A stretch of DNA of 64,000 bases, taken from IMG/VR virus record IMGVR_UViG_2706795957_000001, positions 29,578 to 93,577 of that record; one strand, 5' to 3'. Shown here piece after piece: positions 1-10,799 of this stretch (positions are counted from its first letter, which is position 1; each line of letters opens with the position of its first letter). A program made the position numbers and the translations under genes. Origin of the DNA: a virus. Taxonomy: Duplodnaviria > Caudoviricetes. Under the pieces are notes generated by a model. The model had not been told where the DNA came from. It did no database searches and saw only the letters and a program-made list of their open reading frames with translations.

Positions 1-1
1 G

Positions 2-751
2 GATCAGGTCAGCTATGAAGGCCGTAGAGACCTCGGCAACACTCAACCCGGAGACGGCTACCGATTCCGCGGTCGTGGGCCCCTGATGCTCACCGGGCGC
101 GGCAACTACACGCGAATGTCGAAGTGGGCCTTCGAAAAGGGTCTCGTCGACTCCGCGGACTACTACGTCCGCAATCCGGACGCAGTGGCCACCAACTTCC
201 ATAGCGCGGTCTACTACTGGACCGTCGAGCGGAACATGAACCCCTACGCCGACGCCGGTGACATCAACGGCGCAACTCGGGCAGTCAACGGCGGTCTCAA
301 CAATCTCGCCGACCGCGTCAACAGATGGAAACTCTGTCGCGATCTCGGCAACGCACTACTCCCAACCAAAGGACTCTTCATGAGCATCGACGAAAAGTCA
401 CTGTCCGCCAACGCCGCCCAGAACGGGCCGGCATCCACCTGGGACAAGACCCCGGCACAGCTCGCCGCGGAGTACGACGCAAACAACAAGGGCCAGTGGG
501 CTCGCACGGCCATCGAGAAGGCGGCATACGTCCTCGGCCTCCGTCGCGCCTCGATCAGCCCGTACCGCGAACACAACGGCCCCGTCGGCGACGTCGGTGA
601 CATGGTCGCCTGGACCGACGGTCGCGTTCACGCCCTCTACTACGAGCTCGGCGCCATGTTCGGTGACCCCGAGTCGGTCGACGTCATCCGCGCGCAGGCC
701 GGGAAGGGCTCGACCCGCGCAGCCGCCCTCCTGAAGTACATCGGAGCCTGA
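2..751 (+). CDS. Endolysin (lysin A), GH19 glycoside hydrolase domain, 5'-truncated by window edge
   Basis: Frame is open from base 2: DLGNTQPGDGYRFRGRGPLMLTGRGNY...TRAVNGGLNNLADR are GH19 chitinase/lysozyme motifs; followed by a holin-like gene. Confidence 0.9.
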   Translation, partial: DQVSYEGRRDLGNTQPGDGYRFRGRGPLMLTGRGNYTRMSKWAFEKGLVDSADYYVRNPDAVATNFHSAVYYWTVERNMNPYADAGDINGATRAVNGGLNNLADRVNRWKLCRDLGNALLPTKGLFMSIDEKSLSANAAQNGPASTWDKTPAQLAAEYDANNKGQWARTAIEKAAYVLGLRRASISPYREHNGPVGDVGDMVAWTDGRVHALYYELGAMFGDPESVDVIRAQAGKGSTRAAALLKYIGA

Positions 752-753
752 TC

Positions 754-1179
754 ATGAACGTTCCCTTCGCCAATCTGTTCAAGTCCGTGAACTCCTGGGC
801 CGACGTCCGTGCCTGGCTGTACACGATCCTGCCCGTACTGACCGCCGCGCTGGTCTCCAACGGCGTGTTGACCGACAACCAGGGCACCCTGTGGGCCGGT
901 CTGGTCACCGCAGTCTTGGGCCCCGGCATCGCGTTCGTCATGTCGCGCGACCTGAGTTCGTTCCGGGCGGCGTTCTACGCCCTGCTCACCGCGGCGCAGG
1001 CGCTACTCATCGGCTACGGCATCGCGACCGGCCAGGAGTTGGACTCCTGGATGCCGCTGATCTCTGCGATCCTGGGCGGTGCCGCTGGTGGCGCAGCAAA
1101 CCTCAACACCCCGACCTCCTCGCCCTTCACCCAGGGCCAGCAGGGGCTCGAGGCTGAGAAGGCACCCGTAGTCAGGTGA
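754..1179 (+). CDS. Holin
   Basis: 141 aa with about 4 TM helices, directly after the endolysin. Confidence 0.75.
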   Translation: MNVPFANLFKSVNSWADVRAWLYTILPVLTAALVSNGVLTDNQGTLWAGLVTAVLGPGIAFVMSRDLSSFRAAFYALLTAAQALLIGYGIATGQELDSWMPLISAILGGAAGGAANLNTPTSSPFTQGQQGLEAEKAPVVR

Positions 1180-1478
1180 GCGCATGGGCACCCGAGACAT
1201 GGAACGACGTAGGTGTCGTTGCATTCATGATCATTGTTCTCGGGTTCCATGCACTCAGCTTCATCCGCGGATGGCTGGTGCTGGGCCCGAGCCACAAGGA
1301 GATCGTCTCCGAGAAGGATCGGGCCCTCACCAAGGCCGATGCGCTGATCGAGAAGCTCCTGGAAACCAACGCCGTTCAGGCGCAGACGATTGCCGAGTCG
1401 AACTCGCGAGCGCAGGTAACCGACCATGTGCTGCAGTCCATTCGGGATGTGTACGAAAGACGAATGGGTGACTCATGA
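1176..1478 (+). CDS. Single-TM membrane protein of lysis cassette
   Basis: N-terminal TM plus coiled coil; GTGA overlap with holin. Confidence 0.7.
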   Translation: MSAWAPETWNDVGVVAFMIIVLGFHALSFIRGWLVLGPSHKEIVSEKDRALTKADALIEKLLETNAVQAQTIAESNSRAQVTDHVLQSIRDVYERRMGDS

Positions 1479-1690
1479 GGTCCCCATTCCGTCGCGATCA
1501 TCGCGAACTGGCCGTAGCGAAGCAGCAGGCCGACAAGTACGAACAGGCCGCAGAGTTGGCCAATCGCGCACTCAAAGAGGCCGAGGCGGTCCACATCGAG
1601 ACACGTAAGACCAACGAGCGGATCCGCCGCGCACACCTAGAGAAGAACGGTTTCACCGAAATGCTCCAAGCCGCATGGGGGACAGCATGA
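1475..1690 (+). CDS. Small coiled-coil hypothetical protein
   Basis: ATGA overlaps at both ends. Confidence 0.65.
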   Translation: MRSPFRRDHRELAVAKQQADKYEQAAELANRALKEAEAVHIETRKTNERIRRAHLEKNGFTEMLQAAWGTA

Positions 1691-2106
1691 GACGCATAGA
1701 CCCTGTCGCAGTGGCCGTTTCGGCGTACTTCTGGATCGTCGCCATCACTCTGGCACAGTTCATGCCGACGGATTCGGTGCGCGCCTGGGGCAACATCTCG
1801 CTGGTGGTGATGGCCGTGATGGTTGTCACCTTCACGGTGTTCTACTCGATCCGATCCCCGTTCTGGAAGAACAGGATTGGCTGGATCTTCATGGCCAAGG
1901 GGCTATTCCTGTCCGCAGTACTCATTCAGGTCTCACTGTCGGTGGTGTCATCCACTGGCGCTGGTGTGGACTACTACCCGGGCCGCGACTATGTCCGACT
2001 CTTCATCTACGCCGGCGGTGCCATTGCATACGCAGTGATGCTCGCCGCACTGCTGCACATGCAGCGACGTGACCGCACCATCCATCGCCTCCTCAAGGAT
2101 AGCTAA
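1687..2106 (+). CDS. Multi-TM membrane protein (lysis-associated)
   Basis: Four hydrophobic segments; ATGA-coupled start. Confidence 0.7.
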   Translation: MRRIDPVAVAVSAYFWIVAITLAQFMPTDSVRAWGNISLVVMAVMVVTFTVFYSIRSPFWKNRIGWIFMAKGLFLSAVLIQVSLSVVSSTGAGVDYYPGRDYVRLFIYAGGAIAYAVMLAALLHMQRRDRTIHRLLKDS

Positions 2107-3185
2107 TGCCCTCCTACAACGACCTTTTCGGTGACCCGGTAGACGTTCTGCACCCTGCCATCCGTGTCTACGCTGTCGACGACAACGAAGACCTGCCGCT
2201 GCGCCACATCTCCATCTCGGTCACGCCGGGGGAGGGGATCATGGAGCTTCCCCGTGGCCAGAAGGGCGAACCGGGCCAGAAGGGCGATCCGGCCACGCCG
2301 TTCCTGCACATGGGGGATCGCAGCGCATCGCACATCTCGGCCCTCCAGTTGGGCCCGGATGACGCCGGCAAGGCCTACCGCAACACCGACACCAACGACA
2401 TGCACTACTGGTCGGGTTCGTACTGGGTGGTCTTCCAGGACGCGTTCGGCGCCCAGGGCCCCGTGGGCCCTCCCGGCGCGATCACCGCGGTCTCCATCGA
2501 ACATCTGGACAAAAACGATGATCCGGTAGCGAGCATCACCGGCTCCCCGGGCAACCAGGTGCTACACCTCGGCATCCCCGCAGTCCCGGGCCCCAAGGGC
2601 GACACTGGACCCTCTGCGGCCATCGAATCCGCCGCAGACTACGACGACGCCGCGAACCCCGCGGACGGCGCCGTCCTGACGTATAATGGAACCACCGGCC
2701 TCTGGTATCCCGGGGCTGGCCCGCAGGTTCGGCACTACTCGCTCCCCAGTGGCGCGTTCTCCAATACCGGCGCTCAGCTCACCTCGAGTCACCAGCTTCT
2801 CGCCGAGCTTCCGCTGGACCCGCTGCCGTTCCCGACCGCGGTCTACATCACTGGCCATTTCATGATGAACCAGTTCAATACCTCGCAGATGGCCATCGAG
2901 GCGCGCGTGGGTGGAACTGGTGCAGCATCCGACGGCACCACGGTCGCCAAGGGCATCGCGCTTCCGGGCATCGGCGACCAGTTCATCACCCTGACACCGC
3001 ATTTCAGCACGTCAGCCAGCCCCAACACCTCCACCGCCCCGGGTGGCTACGTCGGCATAATTCCGGCCAACCACACCGGGAACGCCGGCAAGATCTACGT
3101 CGTCGTCTCCCGTGTCGGCGGCATCGGCGCGTGGGAGGTCAAGGCCTCACACGCCCAGCTGTCTGTTCTTCGCCATCCCGCCTGA
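2106..3185 (+). CDS. Minor tail protein
   Basis: Short G-X-Y collagen-like runs; typical of actinophage minor tail proteins. Confidence 0.75.
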   Translation: MPSYNDLFGDPVDVLHPAIRVYAVDDNEDLPLRHISISVTPGEGIMELPRGQKGEPGQKGDPATPFLHMGDRSASHISALQLGPDDAGKAYRNTDTNDMHYWSGSYWVVFQDAFGAQGPVGPPGAITAVSIEHLDKNDDPVASITGSPGNQVLHLGIPAVPGPKGDTGPSAAIESAADYDDAANPADGAVLTYNGTTGLWYPGAGPQVRHYSLPSGAFSNTGAQLTSSHQLLAELPLDPLPFPTAVYITGHFMMNQFNTSQMAIEARVGGTGAASDGTTVAKGIALPGIGDQFITLTPHFSTSASPNTSTAPGGYVGIIPANHTGNAGKIYVVVSRVGGIGAWEVKASHAQLSVLRHPA

Positions 3186-3212
3186 CCTATCTAGCCTCCA
3201 AGGAGACATTAG

Positions 3213-5018
3213 TTGAACGAGGAGAATAAGAACCTCGTCGCCCAGATCTTTGAGTGGCTCAACTTCAGCGACGACATCGTTGACCTCCTCGAGTTCATCG
3301 GCGACCTACAGGAGTGGGTCGAGGCTGTCCTGAAGGCCCTCGGTGGCAACTTCGGGCCACTGTCGGCCCTGGTCAACGAGCTGATGAACAATGCACCGCC
3401 GCGGTGGTCGTGGATCTCGGACCTGGCCAGCTGGAACCCGATCGGCGATCTGATCAGTGGCCTGCAGACGATGCTTAACCAGATCGGCGAGATCGTCCGC
3501 GGCGTCATCGTCACCCCGATCAACAACATGGTGTCCAACTTCAAGGACTGGTTCCTGGGCCTGGTTGGCTGGCAAAACAACACCACGAGCAAGCATCAGC
3601 AGCTCAACAACATGGTATGGCAGGGCGCCACCACCCAGCCGGTCGAGGAGAACCTCACCGAGCAGCAGGTACGCGATGCTGTCGCAGCCCTGAAGGCGCG
3701 CTCAGAGTCCCTCAAGCGTGAGAACGAGCTTCGATACTCGACCGCGGTTCCGCTGTGGCAGGGTCTGATTCCCGGCGGCGATGTCACGTGCGACATCAAT
3801 ATGGTGTCGGTACGCGACAACTGGGTCGTCCCCATCGCTGGCACATCCGGCGGACAGGGCTTCCCGTCTCACGACCACGGCCCGGGCTCCTACAACTCCA
3901 ACCTCAACCTAGGCAACCTCTACTCGGTCACCGCGAACACGGGCACCGCTCACGTGGGGCCGTTTGCCGCCTTCCGCGCACGCTCCGACGTGGGTCGCAA
4001 TGTGGGCACCTTCCTCGCGCGCGCTGTTGGCTCCCTCACTGACGCGCGGCTGAGCCTGTGGACCTACGACTACGAAAAAGACCGCTGGATGTGCGTCTCC
4101 GTGTCAAACAACTGCGCCTCTCAGATTGGCGTGGACTACGGCTGGGTGGATGCCACATTCCCCGAGGAGTACACACCCTCGGTGGGCGAGCTGATGGCAG
4201 TCATGTGGACGGCTTCCGGCTCCGGGAACATGTTGGTGGCAACCTCATTTGGCTCCGGTGACGGTATCGGAAACTGGAGGATCCCCGCCTACCACAGCGT
4301 GCCCTACGGGAACCATTTGAACGTCAGCCTGACCAACGCCCCCACCCGGGGCACGGCAGTCGCGCTCGGCGTTGCAGCCGGCTGGCGAACTGGTCGAGTC
4401 CCGTTCTGTCAGATCGCACCGAACCTCGGCCAGGTCTACACGCTGCCGCCGCAGTACTGGTTCGACGACTTCAACACCGCGAACAACGCCGCCTATACCC
4501 TGGGCGGCGGCGCGAAGATCAAGGACGGCCACTTCGCCTATCAGGGCGGTGTTGTCGCTGGAACGCACTACATCGTCTACAAGGGCCAGATGTCGACCGA
4601 CGAGATGGCCATCGAAGCCAGCCTCGGTGGCCTGAACATCGTTCCCAGTCAGATTCGCATGCACACCAACACAAATGGCGCCTCTGGTGTCGCTGCACTT
4701 ATCAACACCGCCGACTCGGGTTCCGCCATCCTGCACGTCGTCAACCCCACCGACCCGACGGCGATGACCGAGGTGAAGCGGGTGGGGGGACTCACTACCG
4801 GCGCGGCGCGTTGGCGTATCGAATTCGACCCGAGCACCTCCACCTACTACATCAAACGCAACGGCACCGTCGTCCTCGACTGGGCAGACCCGACCAACAC
4901 CGCCTCTCGCGGAAAGGGCAAGCGCACAGGCGGTCTCGGCTGTACGCGCGCCGCCTTCACTAACAGTCCCGCATGGGATGACCTTCTCATCTACGACATC
5001 GACCAGACCGTCGAATAG
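3213..5018 (+). CDS. Minor tail protein with C-terminal beta-sandwich/lectin-like domain
   Basis: 601 aa; strong SD AAGGAG before TTG; WFDDFN...beta-rich C-terminus; tail context. Confidence 0.75.
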   Translation: MNEENKNLVAQIFEWLNFSDDIVDLLEFIGDLQEWVEAVLKALGGNFGPLSALVNELMNNAPPRWSWISDLASWNPIGDLISGLQTMLNQIGEIVRGVIVTPINNMVSNFKDWFLGLVGWQNNTTSKHQQLNNMVWQGATTQPVEENLTEQQVRDAVAALKARSESLKRENELRYSTAVPLWQGLIPGGDVTCDINMVSVRDNWVVPIAGTSGGQGFPSHDHGPGSYNSNLNLGNLYSVTANTGTAHVGPFAAFRARSDVGRNVGTFLARAVGSLTDARLSLWTYDYEKDRWMCVSVSNNCASQIGVDYGWVDATFPEEYTPSVGELMAVMWTASGSGNMLVATSFGSGDGIGNWRIPAYHSVPYGNHLNVSLTNAPTRGTAVALGVAAGWRTGRVPFCQIAPNLGQVYTLPPQYWFDDFNTANNAAYTLGGGAKIKDGHFAYQGGVVAGTHYIVYKGQMSTDEMAIEASLGGLNIVPSQIRMHTNTNGASGVAALINTADSGSAILHVVNPTDPTAMTEVKRVGGLTTGAARWRIEFDPSTSTYYIKRNGTVVLDWADPTNTASRGKGKRTGGLGCTRAAFTNSPAWDDLLIYDIDQTVE

Positions 5019-5026
5019 GAAACACC

Positions 5027-5740
5027 ATGGCAGACATCACCTATCAGCACGTGACTGCTGAGTGGACCCACCTCATCGAAGACGGCATGGTCGACCTCGA
5101 CGGCAACCCGGACGAGGTTGGCGTCACCGGCAACGTGCGCTTCATCCCCACGATCGACAAAGGTGCGCCGGCGTACCCGACGGGCGATCCGACGCGTTCG
5201 GTCACCATGTCGGAGATCCCCGGCATCGTCGCCAACGGTGTCCTCGAGGACTCCCAAGGCCGCGAAGGTGTATGGCTGGCCGCAACCATCGGTGGCCGGC
5301 CGGTCCAGTGGACGGCACAGCTGAACCTGCGTCACAACAACACGGTCATCAAGACTCGCGACATCACCTTCCTGCCACCGGAATCCGGCACCGAACTCCG
5401 ACTCAATGATGTCGCTGACGAACCCGACATCGACTGGGGCGGCAATCGTGCAACCCCAGTCGTCAACATCCACCTGCCCACCATCGGTGATTTCGTCTAC
5501 ACCTACACCCTGTCGACGGGGGAGTTCGACGAAAACGCCGAACTGTTCTACGTGTTCGGCGACACCAACCCTGTCCGTTGGGATTTCGACATCGACGGTG
5601 ACACGGCCAACATCCGCACCGTCGGCACCGAGGTTGCCGAAGTTCCGAGCGGCGCGCGCTACTGGCTGATGTTCAAGGAAAACGCCGCTGCCCCGACGAT
5701 CGAACTCCAGACCGGACGCGTCCAGAAGGTGATTCTCTGA
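5027..5740 (+). CDS. Minor tail/baseplate protein
   Basis: DxDGNPD..V.G.VRF motif seen in actinophage tail proteins; context. Confidence 0.7.
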   Translation: MADITYQHVTAEWTHLIEDGMVDLDGNPDEVGVTGNVRFIPTIDKGAPAYPTGDPTRSVTMSEIPGIVANGVLEDSQGREGVWLAATIGGRPVQWTAQLNLRHNNTVIKTRDITFLPPESGTELRLNDVADEPDIDWGGNRATPVVNIHLPTIGDFVYTYTLSTGEFDENAELFYVFGDTNPVRWDFDIDGDTANIRTVGTEVAEVPSGARYWLMFKENAAAPTIELQTGRVQKVIL

Positions 5741-8700
5741 TGAAGCTCATCGGCTCCGACGGCAAGCATGTCAAGGTCCAGAACCGCCCCTCCGAGGCAC
5801 TCGACTTCGCCGAACATGGCTCGGCACAGTTCATTCCGGTCGAGGGTGCCCGCGGGCCCCAAGGTGAGCGCGGGCCCCAAGGTGAGCGCGGAATCCAGGG
5901 TGAGCGCGGGCCCCAGGGCGTTCAGGGCCCGAAGGGGGACAAGGGCGACAAGGGTGACAAGGGCGATACGGGCGCGACTGGCCCAATGGCGGCAGTGACG
6001 GTCGCTACTCGCTCGGCTACTGCTTTGCCGTCAACGTACCCTACGGGGATCTCGGTGATGGAGGTTGGGGATGATAGCTCTTGGCCTGCCTCGTTCGCGA
6101 CGGTCGAAACGGTCCGGTTCGGCACGAATCGTTCATATCAGACGATTGTTGAGCGCACTACGGCTAAGTCGTGGCGGCGCACCCCCCAGGCGTCGGATGC
6201 GGGCTGGAACGGTTGGGTTGAGTGGGGCGCCAAGGGTGATACGGGCGCGACTGGCGCGACTGGCAATACGGGGCCCAAGGGCGACAAGGGAGACAAGGGA
6301 GACAAGGGCGACAAAGGCGACAAAGGCGACCAAGGGATCCAGGGGGTTCCTGGGCCCGCCATTTCCGAGGCAAAGGAAATTGAGATTGCCTTGCGCCCAG
6401 AGAGCGTGAGTGCATGGCATGACCACCTGGCTTTCGGTAAGTTCGTCCCCTACCCCACGCTGGAGCGCAAGCGGGCGGGGGTGTTCTCGGCGTCCACGTT
6501 CACCGATGCACTTAAGGTGATTTTCGACCAGCGGGACTCTACTGCCGCCTCGTTCATGAACGAGGCGGATGACCAAGAGGCCGTGCGATTTACATGGGCG
6601 AGCTCCAACCTTGCCTACGCGGGCATCAAGTACTTCATGGTCGCATTGGCACACTCCGGGACGGCGCGAACGATCAAGTTCACGGTCGAGGACTCACCGG
6701 ACGGTGCAGCATGGACCCAGCGTGGCACCTTGACGACAAGCGTTTCCGCGAAAACGGTATTCATTCCCTGCGTCCAAGGATCGGCTGGACAAACGTACTT
6801 GCGGCTCACCGCTGAGCGAATTGACGGCGTTGGCAACGTGGTGCTTGCCGCAGTCCAAACAATGTCGGACCGAAAAGGCAATCAAGGCGGCGGTAAGGAG
6901 TATGAGCTGCCGTTTAGCTGGGACGTGAACCGAACTGTCATCATGGATGGCATAAAGGTTGCGCGGCCCGACGCAGCCGCCGGACGGTTCCTTAGGGCAA
7001 CCGGTGCCGACGGCTCGGTTGAGTGGTCGGACACGCCTGTAACCAAGCAGGGTGGCACGAACCGGGTCTACATCAACGACGGGAATGGCAATGTCTCGTC
7101 AACGGGGTTTAGCTCCGGGGCGTCCCCTAGCACGGTCATGTGGAGGGATAGCAACAACCGTGCCCGGATTGGCGACCCATCCGACACATACGACATCGTG
7201 AATCTACGAACCTTGGATGCCGCCGTTTCCGCTCGCGAGTTGGCAGCCAACAAGGGACAGGCTAACGGCTACGCATCCTTGGATGCTGGTGGCAAGGTGC
7301 CGATCACCCAGCTGCCCTCGTCGATCATGGAGTACAAGGGCGTCTGGAACGCTTCGACGAACTCGCCAGCCCTAGCGGACGGCACCGGCGACCAGGGCGA
7401 CGTCTACCGGGTTACCACCGCAGGCACCCGCAACCTCGGATCGGGCAACATCACCTTCGATGTCGGCGACTATGTGATCTACAACGGGTCTGCGTGGGAA
7501 AAGTCTGACACGACTGATGCTGTTGCGTCGGTAGCCGGCAAGACCGGAAACGTCACTCTTGCCAAGGGTGACGTCGGATTGGGCAACGTGGACAACACAA
7601 GCGACGCCAACAAGCCGATCTCGGCGGCGACGCAGACGGCACTAAACGGCAAGGCCAACCTGGCCCACAGCCATACCGCCGACGACCTCGTCAGTGGTGC
7701 CGCTGTCACCTACGCTGCGGCCACCTCGGTCACCTCGATCCCCGGGGCCCGTACCGCGTTCATTCTGCCCGCAGTGGAAGGGCACGCGTCGGTTGTTGGC
7801 GCCAAGATCAGTGACTTGGTCAACGCCCAAGGATCGGGAAGCTATGCCCCGAACTGGAAGTCGGCGAGCAACGGCACCTCCCGAACCGTCGCCGACGCCA
7901 CCAGCAGCTTCGGACTGGATATGTGGGTTTCGGGCTCACGTTACGTCGAGTTCCAGATGGCCACCCTGCCTGGCTGCGCGGTCAAGGTGTGGGTCGACGG
8001 TATGCCGTACACCGATCTGCCGGTGAATCCTCCATGGACCGCTGGTGTAGTCAATACCGTCAAGGTTGACCTGGGGAGCGTTGGCAAGCCGCGGCGAGTC
8101 CGTGTCATGGTCGACCGCTGCGCTATCGGTGAGGTGTGGATCGAGTCCAGTGGCCACACGTGGTCGCCCGCACTCGCAGGTCCGCGCACCCTGGTGCTGG
8201 GTGACAGCTTGGCCCAGGGGACCGGGTACAACGCCGGCGGGGAGCTGGGCACCTACGTCGCCCGATTCGCCGAACACATTGGCGCCGAGGACCACTGGAA
8301 CGGCGGAATCAGCGGCACCGGACCCACGGTGGCCGCTGGCGGGTATCCCAATTACCAGGTCCGCGCAACCCAGGACGTGGTGCCCACTGGTGCTGATCTG
8401 GTCCTGGTTGGTTCGTGGTTCAATGGCCGCGAGAACGGTGGCACCGCAAACGCAGACGCGATCACTGCGATCGTCAACACGCTCAAGGGCATGGCGTCGA
8501 ATCCGGCCATCGTTGTGTTCGGCCCACCGGATCCCGCTGGCGTCAACACTGATTCCACCATGGTCGCGGTCGACACTGCTGTGCGTGGTGCCTGCGCGAC
8601 CCTCAAAGTGATGTATGTCAGCCCGCTGACGGGCGACGTGTATAACGCTCGCGGTACGCGGGTCCTCAACGGCGATCCATGGATCACCACAGCCAACCGT

Positions 8701-8871
8701 GGCCAGCTGATCGCCGCCGACAATATCCACTTCACCGACCTGGGCCACAAGGTGTTCGCGTCGCGGCTCGCCGAGGCCTACGAGTTGGCTGTCCGATCCG
8801 AGGAGACCAAGATCAAGTTCGGCGCTCTTCCTGCAATCGGCCAGCCCGGCGTCCTGTACGTGGTGCCATGA
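5740..8871 (+). CDS. Tail fibre with collagen repeats and C-terminal SGNH/GDSL hydrolase
   Basis: (GDK)n/(GPQGER)n repeats; GLGNVDNTSDANKPIS fibre motif; LVLGDSL, NGGISGTG, DNIHF = SGNH blocks. Confidence 0.85.
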   Translation: MKLIGSDGKHVKVQNRPSEALDFAEHGSAQFIPVEGARGPQGERGPQGERGIQGERGPQGVQGPKGDKGDKGDKGDTGATGPMAAVTVATRSATALPSTYPTGISVMEVGDDSSWPASFATVETVRFGTNRSYQTIVERTTAKSWRRTPQASDAGWNGWVEWGAKGDTGATGATGNTGPKGDKGDKGDKGDKGDKGDQGIQGVPGPAISEAKEIEIALRPESVSAWHDHLAFGKFVPYPTLERKRAGVFSASTFTDALKVIFDQRDSTAASFMNEADDQEAVRFTWASSNLAYAGIKYFMVALAHSGTARTIKFTVEDSPDGAAWTQRGTLTTSVSAKTVFIPCVQGSAGQTYLRLTAERIDGVGNVVLAAVQTMSDRKGNQGGGKEYELPFSWDVNRTVIMDGIKVARPDAAAGRFLRATGADGSVEWSDTPVTKQGGTNRVYINDGNGNVSSTGFSSGASPSTVMWRDSNNRARIGDPSDTYDIVNLRTLDAAVSARELAANKGQANGYASLDAGGKVPITQLPSSIMEYKGVWNASTNSPALADGTGDQGDVYRVTTAGTRNLGSGNITFDVGDYVIYNGSAWEKSDTTDAVASVAGKTGNVTLAKGDVGLGNVDNTSDANKPISAATQTALNGKANLAHSHTADDLVSGAAVTYAAATSVTSIPGARTAFILPAVEGHASVVGAKISDLVNAQGSGSYAPNWKSASNGTSRTVADATSSFGLDMWVSGSRYVEFQMATLPGCAVKVWVDGMPYTDLPVNPPWTAGVVNTVKVDLGSVGKPRRVRVMVDRCAIGEVWIESSGHTWSPALAGPRTLVLGDSLAQGTGYNAGGELGTYVARFAEHIGAEDHWNGGISGTGPTVAAGGYPNYQVRATQDVVPTGADLVLVGSWFNGRENGGTANADAITAIVNTLKGMASNPAIVVFGPPDPAGVNTDSTMVAVDTAVRGACATLKVMYVSPLTGDVYNARGTRVLNGDPWITTANRGQLIAADNIHFTDLGHKVFASRLAEAYELAVRSEETKIKFGALPAIGQPGVLYVVP

Positions 8872-10799
8872 CAATCAAGTATTGGAACGGTAGCGCGTTC
8901 GTTGATCCGTCTCAGGTTCGTTACTGGGATGGGTCGGCGTTTGTTGCGCCGCAAGCGATCTACGAGTGGGTTGCAGATGAGTTCATTAAGCGTTGGCCTG
9001 CGTCGATCACGTATCGAATGAATAAGGTTGGGGAGTCGCACGCTTTCGCCTCGCAGGTTCCGGTTAGGGGTTGGGAGAGTGACGCTACTGAACCGGGGCC
9101 ACTCTTTGACGGTTTGTTGACTGGTAGTGGTGTCACGACGGTTGAGGTTTCTCTGAGCGTGAAGTCGGGGTCAGGCTATAGCGGGTCTGTTTTGGTGAAG
9201 CTGGATGGGGTCACGATCATTACGATTGACGCCTACAACCTGACTTCGTACACGATTAAGACGGGTTCATGGACTGGGGTTGCCACGGAGGGCCAGCAGG
9301 TCACTGTGGAGACTTCTACGGTGCATGGCGTGGGCGTGAATGCTCCGTCGTTTGTGAGGGTCACTTCGGCTGTCCCGCACAAGGTGTCGTGGGCGGACGG
9401 CTTCAATCGCGCCAACACTACATCCAGTGTTGGGTTGGGTGACAATTGGTGGAACTTTAGTAGTTACGGCCTTAGCGAGTATCCCAGCATTAATGGCAAT
9501 CAGGCCACCGGCGCTGGCGGTGCGTCGGTGTCCAACTCGGGCAACGGTGCCGCATGGAAGGAACCCGTACCGGCTGGGGTGGACAACTATTTTGTTGAGG
9601 CTTACATCCCGAGCTTGTCGTCTGGCAGTACAGGGCAGGAGCCGACGGGGTTGCTGGTTCGGGCTAATGAGAGCAGCAACCATTACAACAACACACCCGG
9701 CAGTGAAGCGGTGTTCTTTGCCATGTCAACAGGCAACTGGCGGGTTTACCGGGCGCGCACCGCAGCGAACTCGGGGTCCACGAACCTTCAGACGGGCAGT
9801 ATGTCCAACTCCGCGGGCGGCACGCTTCGGGTAGAGGTTCACGGCGACCTGATGATTGCGAAGTACAAGGATCAGGTCATTACGGCGGCGGATATTACTG
9901 GAATTGGCGAGGGTCGCCAGGTTGGCATCCACACGAACGGCTCCAACGCTAAGCATGATGACTTCGCTTCGGGCCAGTGCGATCCGGTTAGCTTCACGGA
10001 TCGTCAGCGCATTGAGATTACTACCCCGCACACGGTGACGACGGGCACCACTACGGTTCTCGGCTGGACGACTTCGGCGGACGAGGATGCGCTTGTCTCG
10101 GATAATTCCCTGCTGATCGCGAAAAGTAATTCGTCGGCCACGGTGTCATGCTCAATTCAGCTAACTTCGACACAAACGTCGGGAACCACCACGTGGACGC
10201 TCATCATGCTGCGTAACGGAACTGCAGCGATGACCCGAACATTCGCCACTACGGCGGCGGGCCAGTACACGATTGAGGATCTTCGTTACAACGGACCTGT
10301 CGCGGTGGGGGATAGGTTTCATATCACCGCTCTTCGGTCAGGCGGAACCTCGCCTGGTGGGACCGTGACAACGGGAACAACACTCCGCACGTCGGAGATG
10401 CTGCCCCCGTTGCGGCAGAGGATGACCAAGAGCGGTACTGCGAGCACGCTTCAAAACCCGGTTACGGGTTGGACCTCCTCTAATGCCGACGCGCCAAGTT
10501 GGATCGACACCAACAAGCTGCGAGTGCAGGGGCGTGGGGCTGCCGAGATCTACTGGCAAGTAGATATTGGACAACGGTCCAGCGCTCAGGGACGCACCCA
10601 GCAGCTCTGGCACAATGGCACGCTTATTGACGAGTTCATCCCAGACCCGAGCGTGAATATGGTCTACCAGCGTGGCCCATTCCAGGTCGCGGTGGAGAAC
10701 GATGACCTGGTCTACATGGCAACGACTGGAACCAGCGTCTCGGGCGGCGGCGTGGTCAATGCGACCACCACCTTCATTGAGGTGGGCCCCCGATCTTAA
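8868..10799 (+). CDS. Tail-associated / receptor-binding protein
   Basis: ATGA overlap; Ser/Thr/Gly-rich beta domains (WADGFNRAN); T-rich third codon positions. Confidence 0.7.
   Translation: MTIKYWNGSAFVDPSQVRYWDGSAFVAPQAIYEWVADEFIKRWPASITYRMNKVGESHAFASQVPVRGWESDATEPGPLFDGLLTGSGVTTVEVSLSVKSGSGYSGSVLVKLDGVTIITIDAYNLTSYTIKTGSWTGVATEGQQVTVETSTVHGVGVNAPSFVRVTSAVPHKVSWADGFNRANTTSSVGLGDNWWNFSSYGLSEYPSINGNQATGAGGASVSNSGNGAAWKEPVPAGVDNYFVEAYIPSLSSGSTGQEPTGLLVRANESSNHYNNTPGSEAVFFAMSTGNWRVYRARTAANSGSTNLQTGSMSNSAGGTLRVEVHGDLMIAKYKDQVITAADITGIGEGRQVGIHTNGSNAKHDDFASGQCDPVSFTDRQRIEITTPHTVTTGTTTVLGWTTSADEDALVSDNSLLIAKSNSSATVSCSIQLTSTQTSGTTTWTLIMLRNGTAAMTRTFATTAAGQYTIEDLRYNGPVAVGDRFHITALRSGGTSPGGTVTTGTTLRTSEMLPPLRQRMTKSGTASTLQNPVTGWTSSNADAPSWIDTNKLRVQGRGAAEIYWQVDIGQRSSAQGRTQQLWHNGTLIDEFIPDPSVNMVYQRGPFQVAVENDDLVYMATTGTSVSGGGVVNATTTFIEVGPRS

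Noticed and set aside
5849-6350. Short tandem DNA repeats in the fibre gene
   Set aside because: Explained by collagen G-X-Y coding
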